In this document: in pieces, positions 12,090 to 21,648 of the stretch
Numbering within the stretch: position 1 is the first letter of the stretch
How the letters are laid out: each line of letters opens with the position of its first letter
NCBI GenBank assembly: GCA_024640845.1
Contig: JAHEEE010000004.1
Coordinates: forward strand, 14,567-78,566
Origin: Myxococcales bacterium
GTDB taxonomy: Bacteria; Myxococcota_A; Polyangia; Polyangiales; Houyiibacteriaceae
Direction: 5' to 3'
DNA length: 64,000 nt
Made by a program: the position numbers and the translations under genes
The notes under the pieces: generated by a model
The model's database searches: none
The model's input: the letters and a program-made list of their open reading frames with translations, nothing else
Told to the model about the DNA's origin: nothing

Positions 12090-12495
12090 CACTGGCACTG
12101 GCACGCAGGACGCCCGTGCGTCGAGGTGCACACGGGTCTCGGAAAAACGCGATAGGGGTTTCACGGGACGGGGCGGCCTGCAGATGTGGCCGGAAGAACT
12201 GGGAGGGTCAGGCCACGCACGCCGCCCCTCGTTGCGGCGCGCCAATCGGGGGTGATTGCTGTCGTGCCGATTGTCACTTCGCACGCCCGCTCCAACCCCT
12301 ATCGCGTTTTTCCGAGCCCCTTATGAACGACTCTGTGCACAGAAGGGCTGCGACAGGGTCTGCACGCAAGACATGCGCGGCAGCGCGAGCCCGCAGGGCG
12401 AAGCCCGGCGCGAAGCGCCGCCAAGCCCGAGCGAAGCAAGGGGCGCGGAGGGAGGATTACGGGTGGGGGTGGGCGGGCGGATGTAAACAAACCTC
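12090..12495 (-). repeat. Intergenic repeat element, copy 1 (inverted relative to copy 2, with ~250 bp of extra internal sequence)
   Basis: 12367-12490 aligns by eye, reverse-complemented, to 32762-32875 at roughly 85% identity with small indels. One shared stretch is ggaggattacgggtgggggtggg versus cccacccccgcccgtaatcctcc. The (cactgg)n/(ccagtg)n end at 12090-12104 matches 32899-32917. Confidence 0.75.
12138..12316. repeat. 179-nt element closed by a perfect 23-bp inverted repeat (MITE-like or structured RNA)
   Basis: ctcggaaaaacgcgataggggtt (12138-12160) is the exact reverse complement of aacccctatcgcgtttttccgag (12294-12316). Nested stems are GGGGCGGC 12170-77 with GCCGCCCC 12221-28, GTGGCC 12186-91 with GGCCAC 12211-16, and CAATCGG 12243-49 with CCGATTG 12267-73. 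Confidence 0.7.
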
Positions 12496-12553
12496 CCGAC
12501 GCCAATCGCGTTCGCGGACACTGGCAACGCCGGCGCCGGCGCTAGCGCCAGCG

Positions 12554-13675
12554 TCAGTGAGACCGCAATGCGTCCAAGTATCGTTCCGCCGTTCGGTCCC
12601 ACCGGAAGGTGCGGGCGACGTACTCTGCCGTGCGCTGACTCGCGGAGTGCAGCGCTTCGGGGTCGCCGACTAAGGTCGTGATCCGCGCCACGAACGCGTC
12701 CGCATCGCCGCTCGGCGCGAACCATCCGTTGACGCCTTCTTCGACTACATCGCGGATTCCCTCGAGGTCGGCGGCCAAAGTAGGGAGACCGCATGCGCCG
12801 GCTTCGAGCATCACGATGCCGAAGCCCTCCATGTCGCCGGGAACGACGATGTTCGGCATGATGAATAGCTGGCCACGGCGGTACAGCTCGATGAGCTCCC
12901 CCTCGGAGATCCTTCCGAGACAACGGACCCGGTGTTGAAGCCCCGACCGCTGAACGGCGGCCTCGATGTTGTCTCGCTCCGGGCCGTCGCCTGCCAGCCA
13001 GAAGACCACACGCGCTGGCAGTTTCGGCATGACGTTTTCGATGAACCACGCGAAGCCCTTGCGGCGGACCTGTCGACCGACCGTGACGATTAGGAACGCG
13101 TCATCGGGCAGTGTGGGGGCCCCGGCGATGCGAATGCCGGCGCCGTCGCGGGATTCGGCAACGCCCTGGAATCGGTGCAAGTCGACCGCGTTCGGAACGA
13201 CCTCGACCTTGTTGCGCGAAAGTCCTCGGACTACGAGCTCCTCGCCCGTTGCGTGGCTCACCGGCATGGCCACGTCGATGAGTCCGCAGAGGCGTCTCAC
13301 TGCGGCTTGGTAGGCCGGGTTCGGGTCGGTCACGTCGAGGCCGTGGGCGATAGCGCCGAGGCGAATGCCCTGCTTCTTCAGCTCCGGCCCCGCGATGAGA
13401 AGCGGAAGCGCGGTGGTCATGCTGGTGAACAGGATCGTGTCTGCGCGGAAAGATGCCGCTTCCCGGCCGAGCCGGACGGCGAGTGATGCTAGGAAGGGCA
13501 CCGCTTTGACGTGGACCCACTTCCAACTCGAGCGCAGCGCGAGGGTGCGCATCGCCACGTCGTCCCGCCCTTGCAAGGCCGCATGCAGCTCGGTCGCCAC
13601 CCGCTGCATCCCCCCAATGTTGCTCATCGGCGCATCGGCAGGGGGGAAAGAGTGCGAGACGAACAGGACGCGCAT
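12554..13675 (-). CDS. Glycosyltransferase family 4 (GT-B, GT1-type)
   Basis: Starts 'MRVLFVSHSFPPADAPMSNIGGMQRV' and has the C-terminal motif 'EGFGIVMLEAGACGLPT'. Only the last 373 codons of the 801-aa track ORF are credible. Confidence 0.85.
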   Translation of the reverse strand: MRVLFVSHSFPPADAPMSNIGGMQRVATELHAALQGRDDVAMRTLALRSSWKWVHVKAVPFLASLAVRLGREAASFRADTILFTSMTTALPLLIAGPELKKQGIRLGAIAHGLDVTDPNPAYQAAVRRLCGLIDVAMPVSHATGEELVVRGLSRNKVEVVPNAVDLHRFQGVAESRDGAGIRIAGAPTLPDDAFLIVTVGRQVRRKGFAWFIENVMPKLPARVVFWLAGDGPERDNIEAAVQRSGLQHRVRCLGRISEGELIELYRRGQLFIMPNIVVPGDMEGFGIVMLEAGACGLPTLAADLEGIRDVVEEGVNGWFAPSGDADAFVARITTLVGDPEALHSASQRTAEYVARTFRWDRTAERYLDALRSH

Positions 13676-13741
13676 GAAGAAGGGTCTTAGCGCCCGGCTT
13701 GCGGATTGACTACCTGCCCGGTCAATGCTGATCTCTGCCTC

Positions 13742-14371
13742 ATGAAGCTTCGAAGCAACAGTTTCAAAGACGGTGATTTCCTTCCGGCTCAGTTCGCCTT
13801 TGGTAAGACTAGTTCCGAAGGGAAGATCGATCTGTCCGACAACAAGAGTCCGCACTTTGCTTGGGACGAGTTGCCGAAAGGGACCAAGTCGATCGCGATT
13901 CTCTGCATCGACCACGATGTGCCAACCAAGCCTGACGACGTGAATCAGGAAGGTCGGATGGTACCTTCGGACCTGCCGCGTGCGGACTTCAGCCATTGGG
14001 TTCTGGTCGACGTGCCGCCTGATGCGAGCATCGAGGAGGCAACGTTCAGCGACGGCATCACGGCCAAGGGCAAGGACGGCCCAGAAGGCCCGATGGGAAC
14101 GCGCCAGGGCATCAACGACTACACCGCTTGGTTCGCGGGTGACCCGGAGATGGCCGGCGACTACTACGGCTACGACGGCCCGTGTCCTCCGTTCAACGAC
14201 AGCATCGTCCACCACTACGAGTTCACCGCCTTTGCCCTCGACGTCGATCGAGTCGCCGTGGACGGCAAGTTCACCGCGGCGGACGTCAAAGCGGCAATCG
14301 AAGGGCACGTGCTCGGCCAGGCGAGTCTCGTGGCCAAATACAAGATCAACCAGTCTGCGGTCGAGTTGTAG
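13742..14371 (+). CDS. YbhB/YbcL (PEBP/Raf-kinase-inhibitor-like) family protein
   Basis: Contains 'DHDVP', 'HWVLVDVP' and 'YDGPCPP...HHYEFTAFALD', which are typical of bacterial PEBP proteins. Confidence 0.8.
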   Translation: MKLRSNSFKDGDFLPAQFAFGKTSSEGKIDLSDNKSPHFAWDELPKGTKSIAILCIDHDVPTKPDDVNQEGRMVPSDLPRADFSHWVLVDVPPDASIEEATFSDGITAKGKDGPEGPMGTRQGINDYTAWFAGDPEMAGDYYGYDGPCPPFNDSIVHHYEFTAFALDVDRVAVDGKFTAADVKAAIEGHVLGQASLVAKYKINQSAVEL

Positions 14372-14380
14372 TCCAAGGTC

Positions 14381-15034
14381 GTGAAGCGCAGAGACAAAGC
14401 GGAGCGGATCGGGAAGATCCTCGACGAGCTCTATCCGGAGCCGCCGATTCCGCTCGACCACCGAGACCCTTTTACGCTGCTCGTCTCGGTGATGCTCAGC
14501 GCGCAAACGACCGACAAGAAGGTCAACGAGGTGACACCGGCGCTCTTCGCTGAGGCCTCGAACCCGAAGGCGATGGCCGCGCTGCCGGTCGAGCGCATCC
14601 TCGGGCACATTCGAACCGTCGGGCTCGCTCCGACGAAAGCGAAGAACTTGAAGCGCATGGCGGAGCAGCTTCTCGAACGGCACGGAGGCAAAGTGCCTGC
14701 CGACCTCGACGCGCTCGAGCAGCTCGCGGGCGTTGGTCACAAGACCGCGTCGGTCGTGATGTGCCAAGCGTTCGGCCAACCGGCCTTCCCGGTCGATACC
14801 CACATTCATCGTCTCGCTGCCCGCTGGGGACTGAGCGATGGCAAGAGCGTCGTGAAGACGGAGGCGGATCTCAAGAAGGTGTTTCCCGAGGACACCTGGA
14901 ATCGCCGACACCTTCAGATCATCTACTTCGGCCGCGAACACTGTCCCGCCCGTGGGCACGACCTCGAGAGCTGCCCGATTTGCAGCTGGACGGCCTCGAA
15001 GAAGCGAATTGCGGAAGAATCACGGCGCGATTGA
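14381..15034 (+). CDS. nth: Endonuclease III
   Basis: 217 aa with a GTG start. Has the HhH-GPD motif ('LAGVGHKTASVV') and a C-terminal Cys cluster ('CPARGHDLESCPIC'). Confidence 0.9.
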   Translation: MKRRDKAERIGKILDELYPEPPIPLDHRDPFTLLVSVMLSAQTTDKKVNEVTPALFAEASNPKAMAALPVERILGHIRTVGLAPTKAKNLKRMAEQLLERHGGKVPADLDALEQLAGVGHKTASVVMCQAFGQPAFPVDTHIHRLAARWGLSDGKSVVKTEADLKKVFPEDTWNRRHLQIIYFGREHCPARGHDLESCPICSWTASKKRIAEESRRD

Positions 15035-15082
15035 GCCCATCCCCTGGTCCCCACCGCGCTGGCGACCCATATTCGTGATCCG

Positions 15083-16105
15083 ATGAGCGTCGAGTTCAAC
15101 GTGTTTCGCATTCCGGTCCGCATTCATTTGTGGTTTTGGCTGATGGCCTTGTGGCTTTGGACGCTCAATAGCGAACAGGGCTGGGCGGGCCTCTTGATTT
15201 GGGTTGCGGTCGTGTTCCAAGGGATTTTGATGCACGAGCTCGGCCATGCCTTGGTCGGCCGCGCGTTTGGACGGCAGCCTCGGATCGAGCTCATCGCGCT
15301 CGGCGGGCTCACGTGGTGGGAGCAGCGAGAGCCCCTCAGCCCGGTGCGAAGCCTGGGCGTCAGCGTCGCCGGACCAGCGGTGGGCATCGTGGTCGGACTC
15401 ATCGCCCTGGTCGTGAGAGACCTACTGATCGTTCCGGAGGGTTCCATCGCAGACTACGCGTTTTTCTCCGTGATCTACGTCAACCTCGGTTGGGGCCTGC
15501 TCAACCTGCTGCCCGTGCTTCCGCTCGACGGCGGAAACATCGTCGCCTCGCTGATGGAGCTTCTGTCTCCGTCCCGCGGCCGCCTGCTCGCTTGCTACGT
15601 GTCGTTCGCGGCCATTGGTGCATTGCTGGTGGTGACGGTGTTCTTCGAGCAATACCCAGCAACCATTCTCCTGTTCTTGCTCGGCTTCAGCACGTATCAA
15701 GCGTTTCGGATCGAACGGCAGCGCCTGGGGATGGCGCCGGACGATGACGCGCCCGTGCAGACCCCAGTGCAGCAGGCGTTCGAGGCGCTCGAACGCGGCG
15801 ACGGAACTGCGCTGATTCGCGTCGCGTCGGAGCTCATTACCCACGCCGATACGACGCAAGAGCTCGACGAGGCGTTTCACTTGCTCGCCTGGGGGCGACT
15901 GATCAACGGCGAGCCGAACGAGGCGTACGAGGCTCTGCGTTCGCTCTCCGGCGACCGGGCTCCGGACCCCGCGCTCGAGGGTGCTGTCTTGGTCGAGCTA
16001 GGAAAACCCGCGGACGCGGTGCCGTTCCTCGAAGAGGCCTGCGAGCGCGGTGGGGACTTTGCCCACACATATTACCAGCGGGCTCTGCGTGAAAAAAACG
16101 CATAA
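15083..16105 (+). CDS. M50 (site-2-protease-like) metallopeptidase with C-terminal helical-repeat domain
   Basis: 'HELGHALVG' lies in a TM context, and 'NLLPVLPLDGG' is the second M50 motif. Confidence 0.8.
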   Translation: MSVEFNVFRIPVRIHLWFWLMALWLWTLNSEQGWAGLLIWVAVVFQGILMHELGHALVGRAFGRQPRIELIALGGLTWWEQREPLSPVRSLGVSVAGPAVGIVVGLIALVVRDLLIVPEGSIADYAFFSVIYVNLGWGLLNLLPVLPLDGGNIVASLMELLSPSRGRLLACYVSFAAIGALLVVTVFFEQYPATILLFLLGFSTYQAFRIERQRLGMAPDDDAPVQTPVQQAFEALERGDGTALIRVASELITHADTTQELDEAFHLLAWGRLINGEPNEAYEALRSLSGDRAPDPALEGAVLVELGKPADAVPFLEEACERGGDFAHTYYQRALREKNA

Positions 16106-16166
16106 TTACAGACATTTATACGAATTCAGCCCAACATAATTTGCATCTATGCGAATGGGGGCATAT

Positions 16167-17150
16167 ATGAAGGAGATGGTTGGGGCAGCCGCTGAATCTC
16201 CGCGCTGGGAGCTTTACCGATTACTCGGAGAGCCGCGGCGCCTTCGTCTGCTCGGCCTCACCTCGGAGGACGAGCTGTCGATCGGCGAGCTTGCCGAGCT
16301 GACCCGCGAAGCTCAACCCAACGTGTCGAAGCACCTGAAGCTCTTGCGCGAGGCGGGCTTGGTCGCCGTTCGACGCCAAGGCACTCGCGCGTTCGCGCGC
16401 TTGTCACCCGAGCTCAACGGCGATCCCGTGCTGGCCGACGCGGTTCGCTCCGGCCGAGAGCTCTGCTCGCGCGACGGGAGCCTGTCGCGGGTCGCCGAGG
16501 TCATTCGCGCGCGGGACGAAGATGCGCGCGCTTTTTTCGAGCAGCCGCCGACCGAAGCTCCCGCCTCTGGCCTCGGCGAGTGGTCCGCCTATCTCACTGC
16601 GCTTCGTACACTCGTGCCGCAGCGAGGGCTCGCCGTCGATGTGGGCACCGGCGATGGCGCGCTGGTCGAGCTTCTTGCGCCGCTGTTCGACCGTGTGGTC
16701 GCGGTCGACCGCTCGGAAGAGCGGGTCAAAGCCGCAGAGCGAAGACTGGCGAGCCGCTACTACCAGCACGTGGAGCTCATTCGAGCCGAGTACGACGATG
16801 CCGCGGTCGCCTCGCGCCTAGACGAGCTTGGCCTCGCTGACGCCGTGTTCGCGGTCCGCTTACTCCACCACGCGCCGAAGCCGGAGAAGGTAGTGTCCTT
16901 GCTCGCGTCCTTCGCGAAGCCGGGCGGTCAGGTGGTCGTCATCGATTACTGCGCCCACGACGACGAGACGATGCGCGAGCACCGGGCCGATCTATGGCTC
17001 GGGTTCGAACGCGAGGAGCTTATTGGATTCGCCAAATCAGCCGGGTTGATCGACCCTGAAGTATTTACAATTCCCGCAACGCGATACGGGCCTGGCCCCG
17101 ATGCCCATTTGCAGTGGCAGGTGCTCGCAGCGCGACGCGGACACAACTAG
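16167..17150 (+). CDS. sahR: ArsR-HTH / SAM-methyltransferase-fold regulator (SahR-like)
   Basis: N-terminal ArsR HTH ('[30 protein letters not shown]') joined to a class-I MTase fold ('[10 protein letters not shown]'). It sits 14 nt upstream of ahcY, which is the described SahR arrangement. The start is uncertain, with candidates at 16149, 16155 and 16167. Confidence 0.6.
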   Translation: MKEMVGAAAESPRWELYRLLGEPRRLRLLGLTSEDELSIGELAELTREAQPNVSKHLKLLREAGLVAVRRQGTRAFARLSPELNGDPVLADAVRSGRELCSRDGSLSRVAEVIRARDEDARAFFEQPPTEAPASGLGEWSAYLTALRTLVPQRGLAVDVGTGDGALVELLAPLFDRVVAVDRSEERVKAAERRLASRYYQHVELIRAEYDDAAVASRLDELGLADAVFAVRLLHHAPKPEKVVSLLASFAKPGGQVVVIDYCAHDDETMREHRADLWLGFEREELIGFAKSAGLIDPEVFTIPATRYGPGPDAHLQWQVLAARRGHN

Positions 17151-17164
17151 GAGACCAAAGTATC

Positions 17165-18493
17165 ATGAGCCCAAATCCAGATCTGAAGCACAAAGTCGCC
17201 GACCTCTCGTTGGCAGACTGGGGTCGCAAGGAGATCGCCATCGCCGAGCACGAGATGCCGGGATTGATGGCGCTCCGACGAGAGTACGGCGCCCAGAAGC
17301 CACTCGCTGGCGCCCGCATCGCCGGATGCCTTCACATGACGATTCAAACCGCCGTCCTGATCGAGACTCTGCGTGAGCTCGGAGCGGAGGTGACATGGAC
17401 GAGCTGCAACATCTACTCGACCCAGGACCACGCTGCCGCGGCGATCGCCGTGACCGGCATACCTGTATTCGCATGGAAGGGCGAGACCGAAGAAGAATAC
17501 GATTGGTGTATCCTCCAGCAGATTCGCGCATTCGAAGGCGGCAAAGCGCCGAATCTCTTGCTCGATGACGGCGGAGATCTCACCGCGATCGTACACCAGC
17601 AATATCCCGAGCTGTTCGAGGGGCCGGACCGTATCCTCGGTCTTTCCGAGGAGACGACCACCGGCGTGCATCGCCTCTACGAGATGCAGAACGACGGCTC
17701 GCTCAAATGTCCCGCAATCAATGTGAACGACTCGGTGACGAAGTCGAAGTTCGATAACCTCTATGGCTGCCGAGAGTCCTTGGTCGACGGCATCAAGCGC
17801 GCGACGGACGTCATGATTGCTGGCAAGGTGGCCGTCGTTGCCGGCTACGGTGACGTTGGCAAGGGCTGCGTGCAGGCGCTGGCCCGTGCCGGTGCGCGGG
17901 TCCTGGTGACCGAAATCGACCCGATCTGCGCCCTCCAGGCGTCGATGGAAGGCTATCAGGTCGTCACGATGGAGGAGGCCGCTCCGATTGCCGACCTTTT
18001 CGTCACCGCGACTGGTTGCTGTGACGTCATCACCGGCGAGCACATGAAGGTGATGAAGAACGAGGCGATCCTCTGCAACATCGGTCACTTCGACTCGGAG
18101 ATCCAGATGGCCTGGCTCACCGACTCGGCCAACAACATCGTCGAAGAGCCGATCAAACCGCAGGTCGATCACTTCATCTTCCCCGACGGAAAGCGCATCA
18201 CCGTGCTGGCGCGCGGTCGCCTGGTGAACCTCGGTTGTGCCACCGGCCACCCGAGCTTCGTCATGAGCAACTCGTTCAGCAATCAGGTCCTCGCGCAGCT
18301 TTCGCTCTGGACCGAGCGGGAGCGATACGAGGACGGCAAAGTGTACGTGCTGTCGAAGGAGCTCGACGAGAAGGTGGCGCAGCTGCATCTCGGTCAGCTC
18401 GGGGTCAAGCTCACGAAGCTCACCGATGCGCAAGCCGAATACCTGGGCATTCCCGCCGAGGGACCGTTCAAGCCGAGCTACTATCGCTACTGA
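17165..18493 (+). CDS. ahcY: Adenosylhomocysteinase
   Basis: Starts '[35 protein letters not shown]' and has the NAD site 'GYGDVGKG'. The sequence is highly canonical. Confidence 0.95.
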   Translation: MSPNPDLKHKVADLSLADWGRKEIAIAEHEMPGLMALRREYGAQKPLAGARIAGCLHMTIQTAVLIETLRELGAEVTWTSCNIYSTQDHAAAAIAVTGIPVFAWKGETEEEYDWCILQQIRAFEGGKAPNLLLDDGGDLTAIVHQQYPELFEGPDRILGLSEETTTGVHRLYEMQNDGSLKCPAINVNDSVTKSKFDNLYGCRESLVDGIKRATDVMIAGKVAVVAGYGDVGKGCVQALARAGARVLVTEIDPICALQASMEGYQVVTMEEAAPIADLFVTATGCCDVITGEHMKVMKNEAILCNIGHFDSEIQMAWLTDSANNIVEEPIKPQVDHFIFPDGKRITVLARGRLVNLGCATGHPSFVMSNSFSNQVLAQLSLWTERERYEDGKVYVLSKELDEKVAQLHLGQLGVKLTKLTDAQAEYLGIPAEGPFKPSYYRY

Positions 18494-18499
18494 CGGCCC

Positions 18500-19402
18500 A
18501 TGGTCTCGCTTCTGATCGAGACTTGGCGGTACTTCACGTCGCATGACGGGCGATTGCTCTCCGGAGCAATCGCCTTCTATGCGTCCTTGGCGATTGCACC
18601 GTTGGGTGTGGTCGCCTTGCTGATCGCGTCGCTCGTAATGCCCGAAGACGCGGCGCGCGAGCAGCTCGTGGGACAGCTCGAGTCCTTTCTCGGCTCGGAG
18701 ATGGCCATGTTCCTCGTGAACGCCATGGTCAAGCTCGGTGACGAGGCGACGAGCTATGCAGCGCCGATTCTCGGCGCGCTCTTCATGCTCTACATCTCCA
18801 CGCGTTTGTTCTCGATGCTCCGGCGCGCTCTCAATCACATGTGGGGCATCCGCCCGAAGCTGTTCGTGCAATCGAGCCGCTCCGAGAAGCGCCTACTCCT
18901 CGAGCGAAGGCTGCTCGCCTTCGCCATCGTCTTGGTATTCGGAAGCTCGCTCATCGTACTGGTGGTGCTTCACTCGGCAGCCAGTGCGGCGGCCCACCTC
19001 TTCGGCGACAATACCTACGCGCTGACGCTGGCGGAGTTCGGAAGCGCCTTTGCGGTTCTGGCCCCGTTGATCGCGCTCGTCTACCGATGGTTGCCGGATG
19101 CCCTGATCGCGTGGCGAGACGTGTGGGTGGGCGCCGCGGCGACCTGCCTGTTCGTCCTTGGAGGCTCGTTTTTGATAGGCCTCTATCTCGGTCAGGTGAG
19201 TCCAGGGTCCATCTACGGGATCGCTGGCTCGCTCATCGTGTTGCTCTTGTGGATCTACTACACCACCCAGATCTTTCTGATCGGGGCCGTGTTCACACGC
19301 GCCTGGGCGAACCACCGGGGCAGGGCGATCGAACCTCTGCCCTATGCCCGCCTTGTCGAGATGCGCGACTACTCGGCGAAGGTTTCTGCAAGTGACATGT
19401 AG
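18500..19402 (+). CDS. YihY/BrkB (virulence factor BrkB / former RNase BN) family membrane protein
   Basis: 300 aa and multi-TM, with the characteristic C-terminal 'LLLWIYYTTQIFLIGA'. Confidence 0.8.
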   Translation: MVSLLIETWRYFTSHDGRLLSGAIAFYASLAIAPLGVVALLIASLVMPEDAAREQLVGQLESFLGSEMAMFLVNAMVKLGDEATSYAAPILGALFMLYISTRLFSMLRRALNHMWGIRPKLFVQSSRSEKRLLLERRLLAFAIVLVFGSSLIVLVVLHSAASAAAHLFGDNTYALTLAEFGSAFAVLAPLIALVYRWLPDALIAWRDVWVGAAATCLFVLGGSFLIGLYLGQVSPGSIYGIAGSLIVLLLWIYYTTQIFLIGAVFTRAWANHRGRAIEPLPYARLVEMRDYSAKVSASDM

Positions 19403-20412
19403 TGGGGCGCCTCCGCGGGAGCCTCTGGGCTCGTGCCGTGCATGTGAGTCTCGAGAAAACCAAACAGCGCACCCCACTGCTCCCGTGCGGCCGCGCGCCA
19501 CAGCATCACGTTGAACGCGTGTATCTCCCCGCTGAAGACGTGAAGGTCGCATTCGGTGCCTCGCTTGTGGAGCGCATCGCGCAGTCGAATGGTGTCCGAG
19601 AGCAGCGGGTCGGCTGTCCCAACGGTGCTGAAGAACGGCGGGAGCGCTCTGCTTCCGGCGATGGGCGCCTGCTCGAAGAGACGAAGCGGGCTCGCGAGGG
19701 GGAACTGAAGGGTCCGGCTCACGCGTCGGCCGAGGTACGAATAGGCCGTCCCTCGGATCTCGCCCTTGATCCATCCGGCCATGCGCTTGTTCTTCTTTGG
19801 GTCCCGCCAAAAGCGCTCGACGTCGTGAAGATCGAGCAGCCCATAGAGTGGCGCGACGCAAGATAGTTGGGCGTCGCGCTCGAAGACGCGCTGCGCGAAC
19901 GGCTCCGGCCGCGGGTGCGTGATGCAATACGCGAGCGCGGCCGTGAGATTTGCACCCGCGGATTCACCGATGATCGCAATACGATTGGTGTCGGCACCGT
20001 ACTTCGCGCCGTTGTCGAGCACCCATTCGAACGCGGCCATCGCGTCCTTCAGCGGGCGCGGGTACGTATGCACGGGTCCGAGCCGATAGTTGATGTTGAA
20101 AACCTGGTAGCCCTGAGCCGCCAGCACGTAGGCCATGATCCGATGCGTGTCCTTCGACATCATCGAGAAGGCGCCACCATGGATGTAGAGGACGCAGGGG
20201 AGCTGCCCAATCGCGTCCTTGCGCCGATAGACGTCGAGAAGATGAGAGCGCCTGCGCGGGTTTCGGTAAGGCACGTTGTGCTCGACGTGCACATCCCGCC
20301 AACTCTGCACGACCCATGGCAGAAACCCGTAGCCGAGTCGCGAGACGCGGTTCGCGGCCTTATCCACCCCGTTTCGAACGAACGGCATGATCGAATCACG
20401 GGCTCGGGCCAT
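19369..20412 (-). CDS. Alpha/beta hydrolase (HSL-type esterase/lipase)
   Basis: Has the oxyanion motif 'HGGAF' and the nucleophile elbow 'GESAG'. Its 3' end overlaps the convergent yihY-like gene by 34 nt. Confidence 0.85.
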   Translation of the reverse strand: MARARDSIMPFVRNGVDKAANRVSRLGYGFLPWVVQSWRDVHVEHNVPYRNPRRRSHLLDVYRRKDAIGQLPCVLYIHGGAFSMMSKDTHRIMAYVLAAQGYQVFNINYRLGPVHTYPRPLKDAMAAFEWVLDNGAKYGADTNRIAIIGESAGANLTAALAYCITHPRPEPFAQRVFERDAQLSCVAPLYGLLDLHDVERFWRDPKKNKRMAGWIKGEIRGTAYSYLGRRVSRTLQFPLASPLRLFEQAPIAGSRALPPFFSTVGTADPLLSDTIRLRDALHKRGTECDLHVFSGEIHAFNVMLWRAAAREQWGALFGFLETHMHGTSPEAPAEAPHYMSLAETFAE

Positions 20413-20600
20413 CGGCTTTCACTATAGGCGATCGGCTCCGGCTCGGAAAACGAAGCGGAGTGGCAGTGGTGTAATATTGCGTCTTAAGTTCATTTGAACG
20501 GCTCGTCGCGCGCGTCCCGTTGTCAGGGGTCTCGATTCCGGGGGATTGCTCAAGCACGGCGACTGGCGATATACGGTTGAGTCCGGTGCTTCGTACCTCG

Positions 20601-21110
20601 ATGGTTCCGCCGGGCAACCGGCTGTTGATTCGGCAGGGCGGCGCGGCCGACCTTGGTGCGGTCCTGCGGGTCTGCGAAATGCATGCCGAATACTGGGACG
20701 GACGACTTCGGAGCGAGATTGGCTTGTCCGCGTTTTTCGAGCGCGCGCTCAATGAGCAGGACGAGGTGTTCCAGTTCTGGGTCGCCGAGAACGGGCAGGG
20801 CTCCGTCGTCGGCTGGGAGATGCTTTCGGCGTTCACCGGAGATCCGGCGAGCCGACGGCTGACCGGCGAAACGACCACGGCTCTTGGCCGTCCAAGCGCG
20901 AGCCTTGGTCGCACGTTGGCTACGCACGCGGTCCGCCACGCCGCGCGCACTCCACTACAGTACCTGTTCGCCCGTGTTCCAACGCGGGATTTTCTCATGG
21001 TCAGCGTGCTCGAATCGGTGGGATACCATGAAGTCGGCGTCATTCCGCCATCGAGCAAGAGCCCGGCGCGTCCGGAACAGCTCGAATTCGTCTACGTCGT
21101 CGAAGGCTGA
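20601..21110 (+). CDS. GNAT-family N-acetyltransferase
   Basis: An acetyltransferase-like core follows 'LLIRQGGAADLGAVLRV'. The start is uncertain (GTG at 20520 or ATG at 20601). Confidence 0.6.
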   Translation: MVPPGNRLLIRQGGAADLGAVLRVCEMHAEYWDGRLRSEIGLSAFFERALNEQDEVFQFWVAENGQGSVVGWEMLSAFTGDPASRRLTGETTTALGRPSASLGRTLATHAVRHAARTPLQYLFARVPTRDFLMVSVLESVGYHEVGVIPPSSKSPARPEQLEFVYVVEG

Positions 21111-21171
21111 CGCCCACGTCGAGGTTGCCAGCCTGAACGATTCGGATAAGGTGACCGCTTCGGGAGACGCC

Positions 21172-21648
21172 ATGGCGACGAAGCAACCGACAAAGAAGCG
21201 GGCTAGCAAGGCTCCTGCAAAGAAGCGGGCTAGCAAGGCACCCGCAAAGAAACGAGCGAGCAAAGCGCCCGCGAAGAAGCGCGCAAGAAAGGCATCCGCG
21301 AAGAAGCGAGCGAGCAAAGCGCCTGCGAAGAAGCGCGCAAGCAGAGCCCCCGCGACGGCGAATCGACCGACCACGCCTGCACGCCCCCGGGCCAAGAAGG
21401 CAGCGCCAACGCCCGTATCAGCGCCAGCACCCGCGCCAGCGCCAGTGTCGCCGGTCGTTCCCCCACCTCCCTCGTCGTTCCCGCCGCCTCCCCGCGCCGC
21501 GTCGTATCTCGAGTCCGTCCCACAGGACCGTACGGAGCTCGTCGCTGGGCTCTTTCAGGTTGCCCGAGGCGCCGCCAAAGACTTGCGGACGCTGTTCACG
21601 CAGGCTCTTACGATGAGCCACAAGAAGAACGACCACGACGATCGATGA
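21172..21648 (+). CDS. Histone-H1-like Lys/Ala/Pro repeat protein
   Basis: Starts 'MATKQPT', followed by six KKRAS(K/R)APA units, a Pro/Ala linker and a short helical C-terminus. Its stop overlaps the next start (ATGA). Confidence 0.65.
   Translation: MATKQPTKKRASKAPAKKRASKAPAKKRASKAPAKKRARKASAKKRASKAPAKKRASRAPATANRPTTPARPRAKKAAPTPVSAPAPAPAPVSPVVPPPPSSFPPPPRAASYLESVPQDRTELVAGLFQVARGAAKDLRTLFTQALTMSHKKNDHDDR
21193..21354 (+). repeat. Six tandem 27-bp coding repeats (KKRASKAPA)
   Basis: aagaagcgggctagcaaggctcctgca is repeated head-to-tail six times with a few substitutions. Confidence 0.9.

Noticed and set aside
12340-12500. Conserved peptide 'ARREDYGWGWAGG' / 'ARREDYGRGWVGG' translated from both repeat copies, considered as a small protein or domain
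   Set aside because: The copies differ by non-triplet indels, and their conservation is at the nucleotide level. The ORFs carrying them are long antisense or intergenic read-throughs without starts or an RBS. I treated them as a non-coding repeat.
12554-14959. 801-aa ORF taken as a single gene
   Set aside because: Only the 3' 373 codons (12554-13675) look like a protein, a GT4 glycosyltransferase starting MRVLFVSHSF. The upstream part is antisense to the PEBP-like gene and nth.
17151-17164. SAH riboswitch upstream of ahcY
   Set aside because: Only 14 nt separate the upstream gene from the ahcY ATG, which is no room for the ~70-80 nt riboswitch. Regulation is more plausibly through the SahR-like protein.
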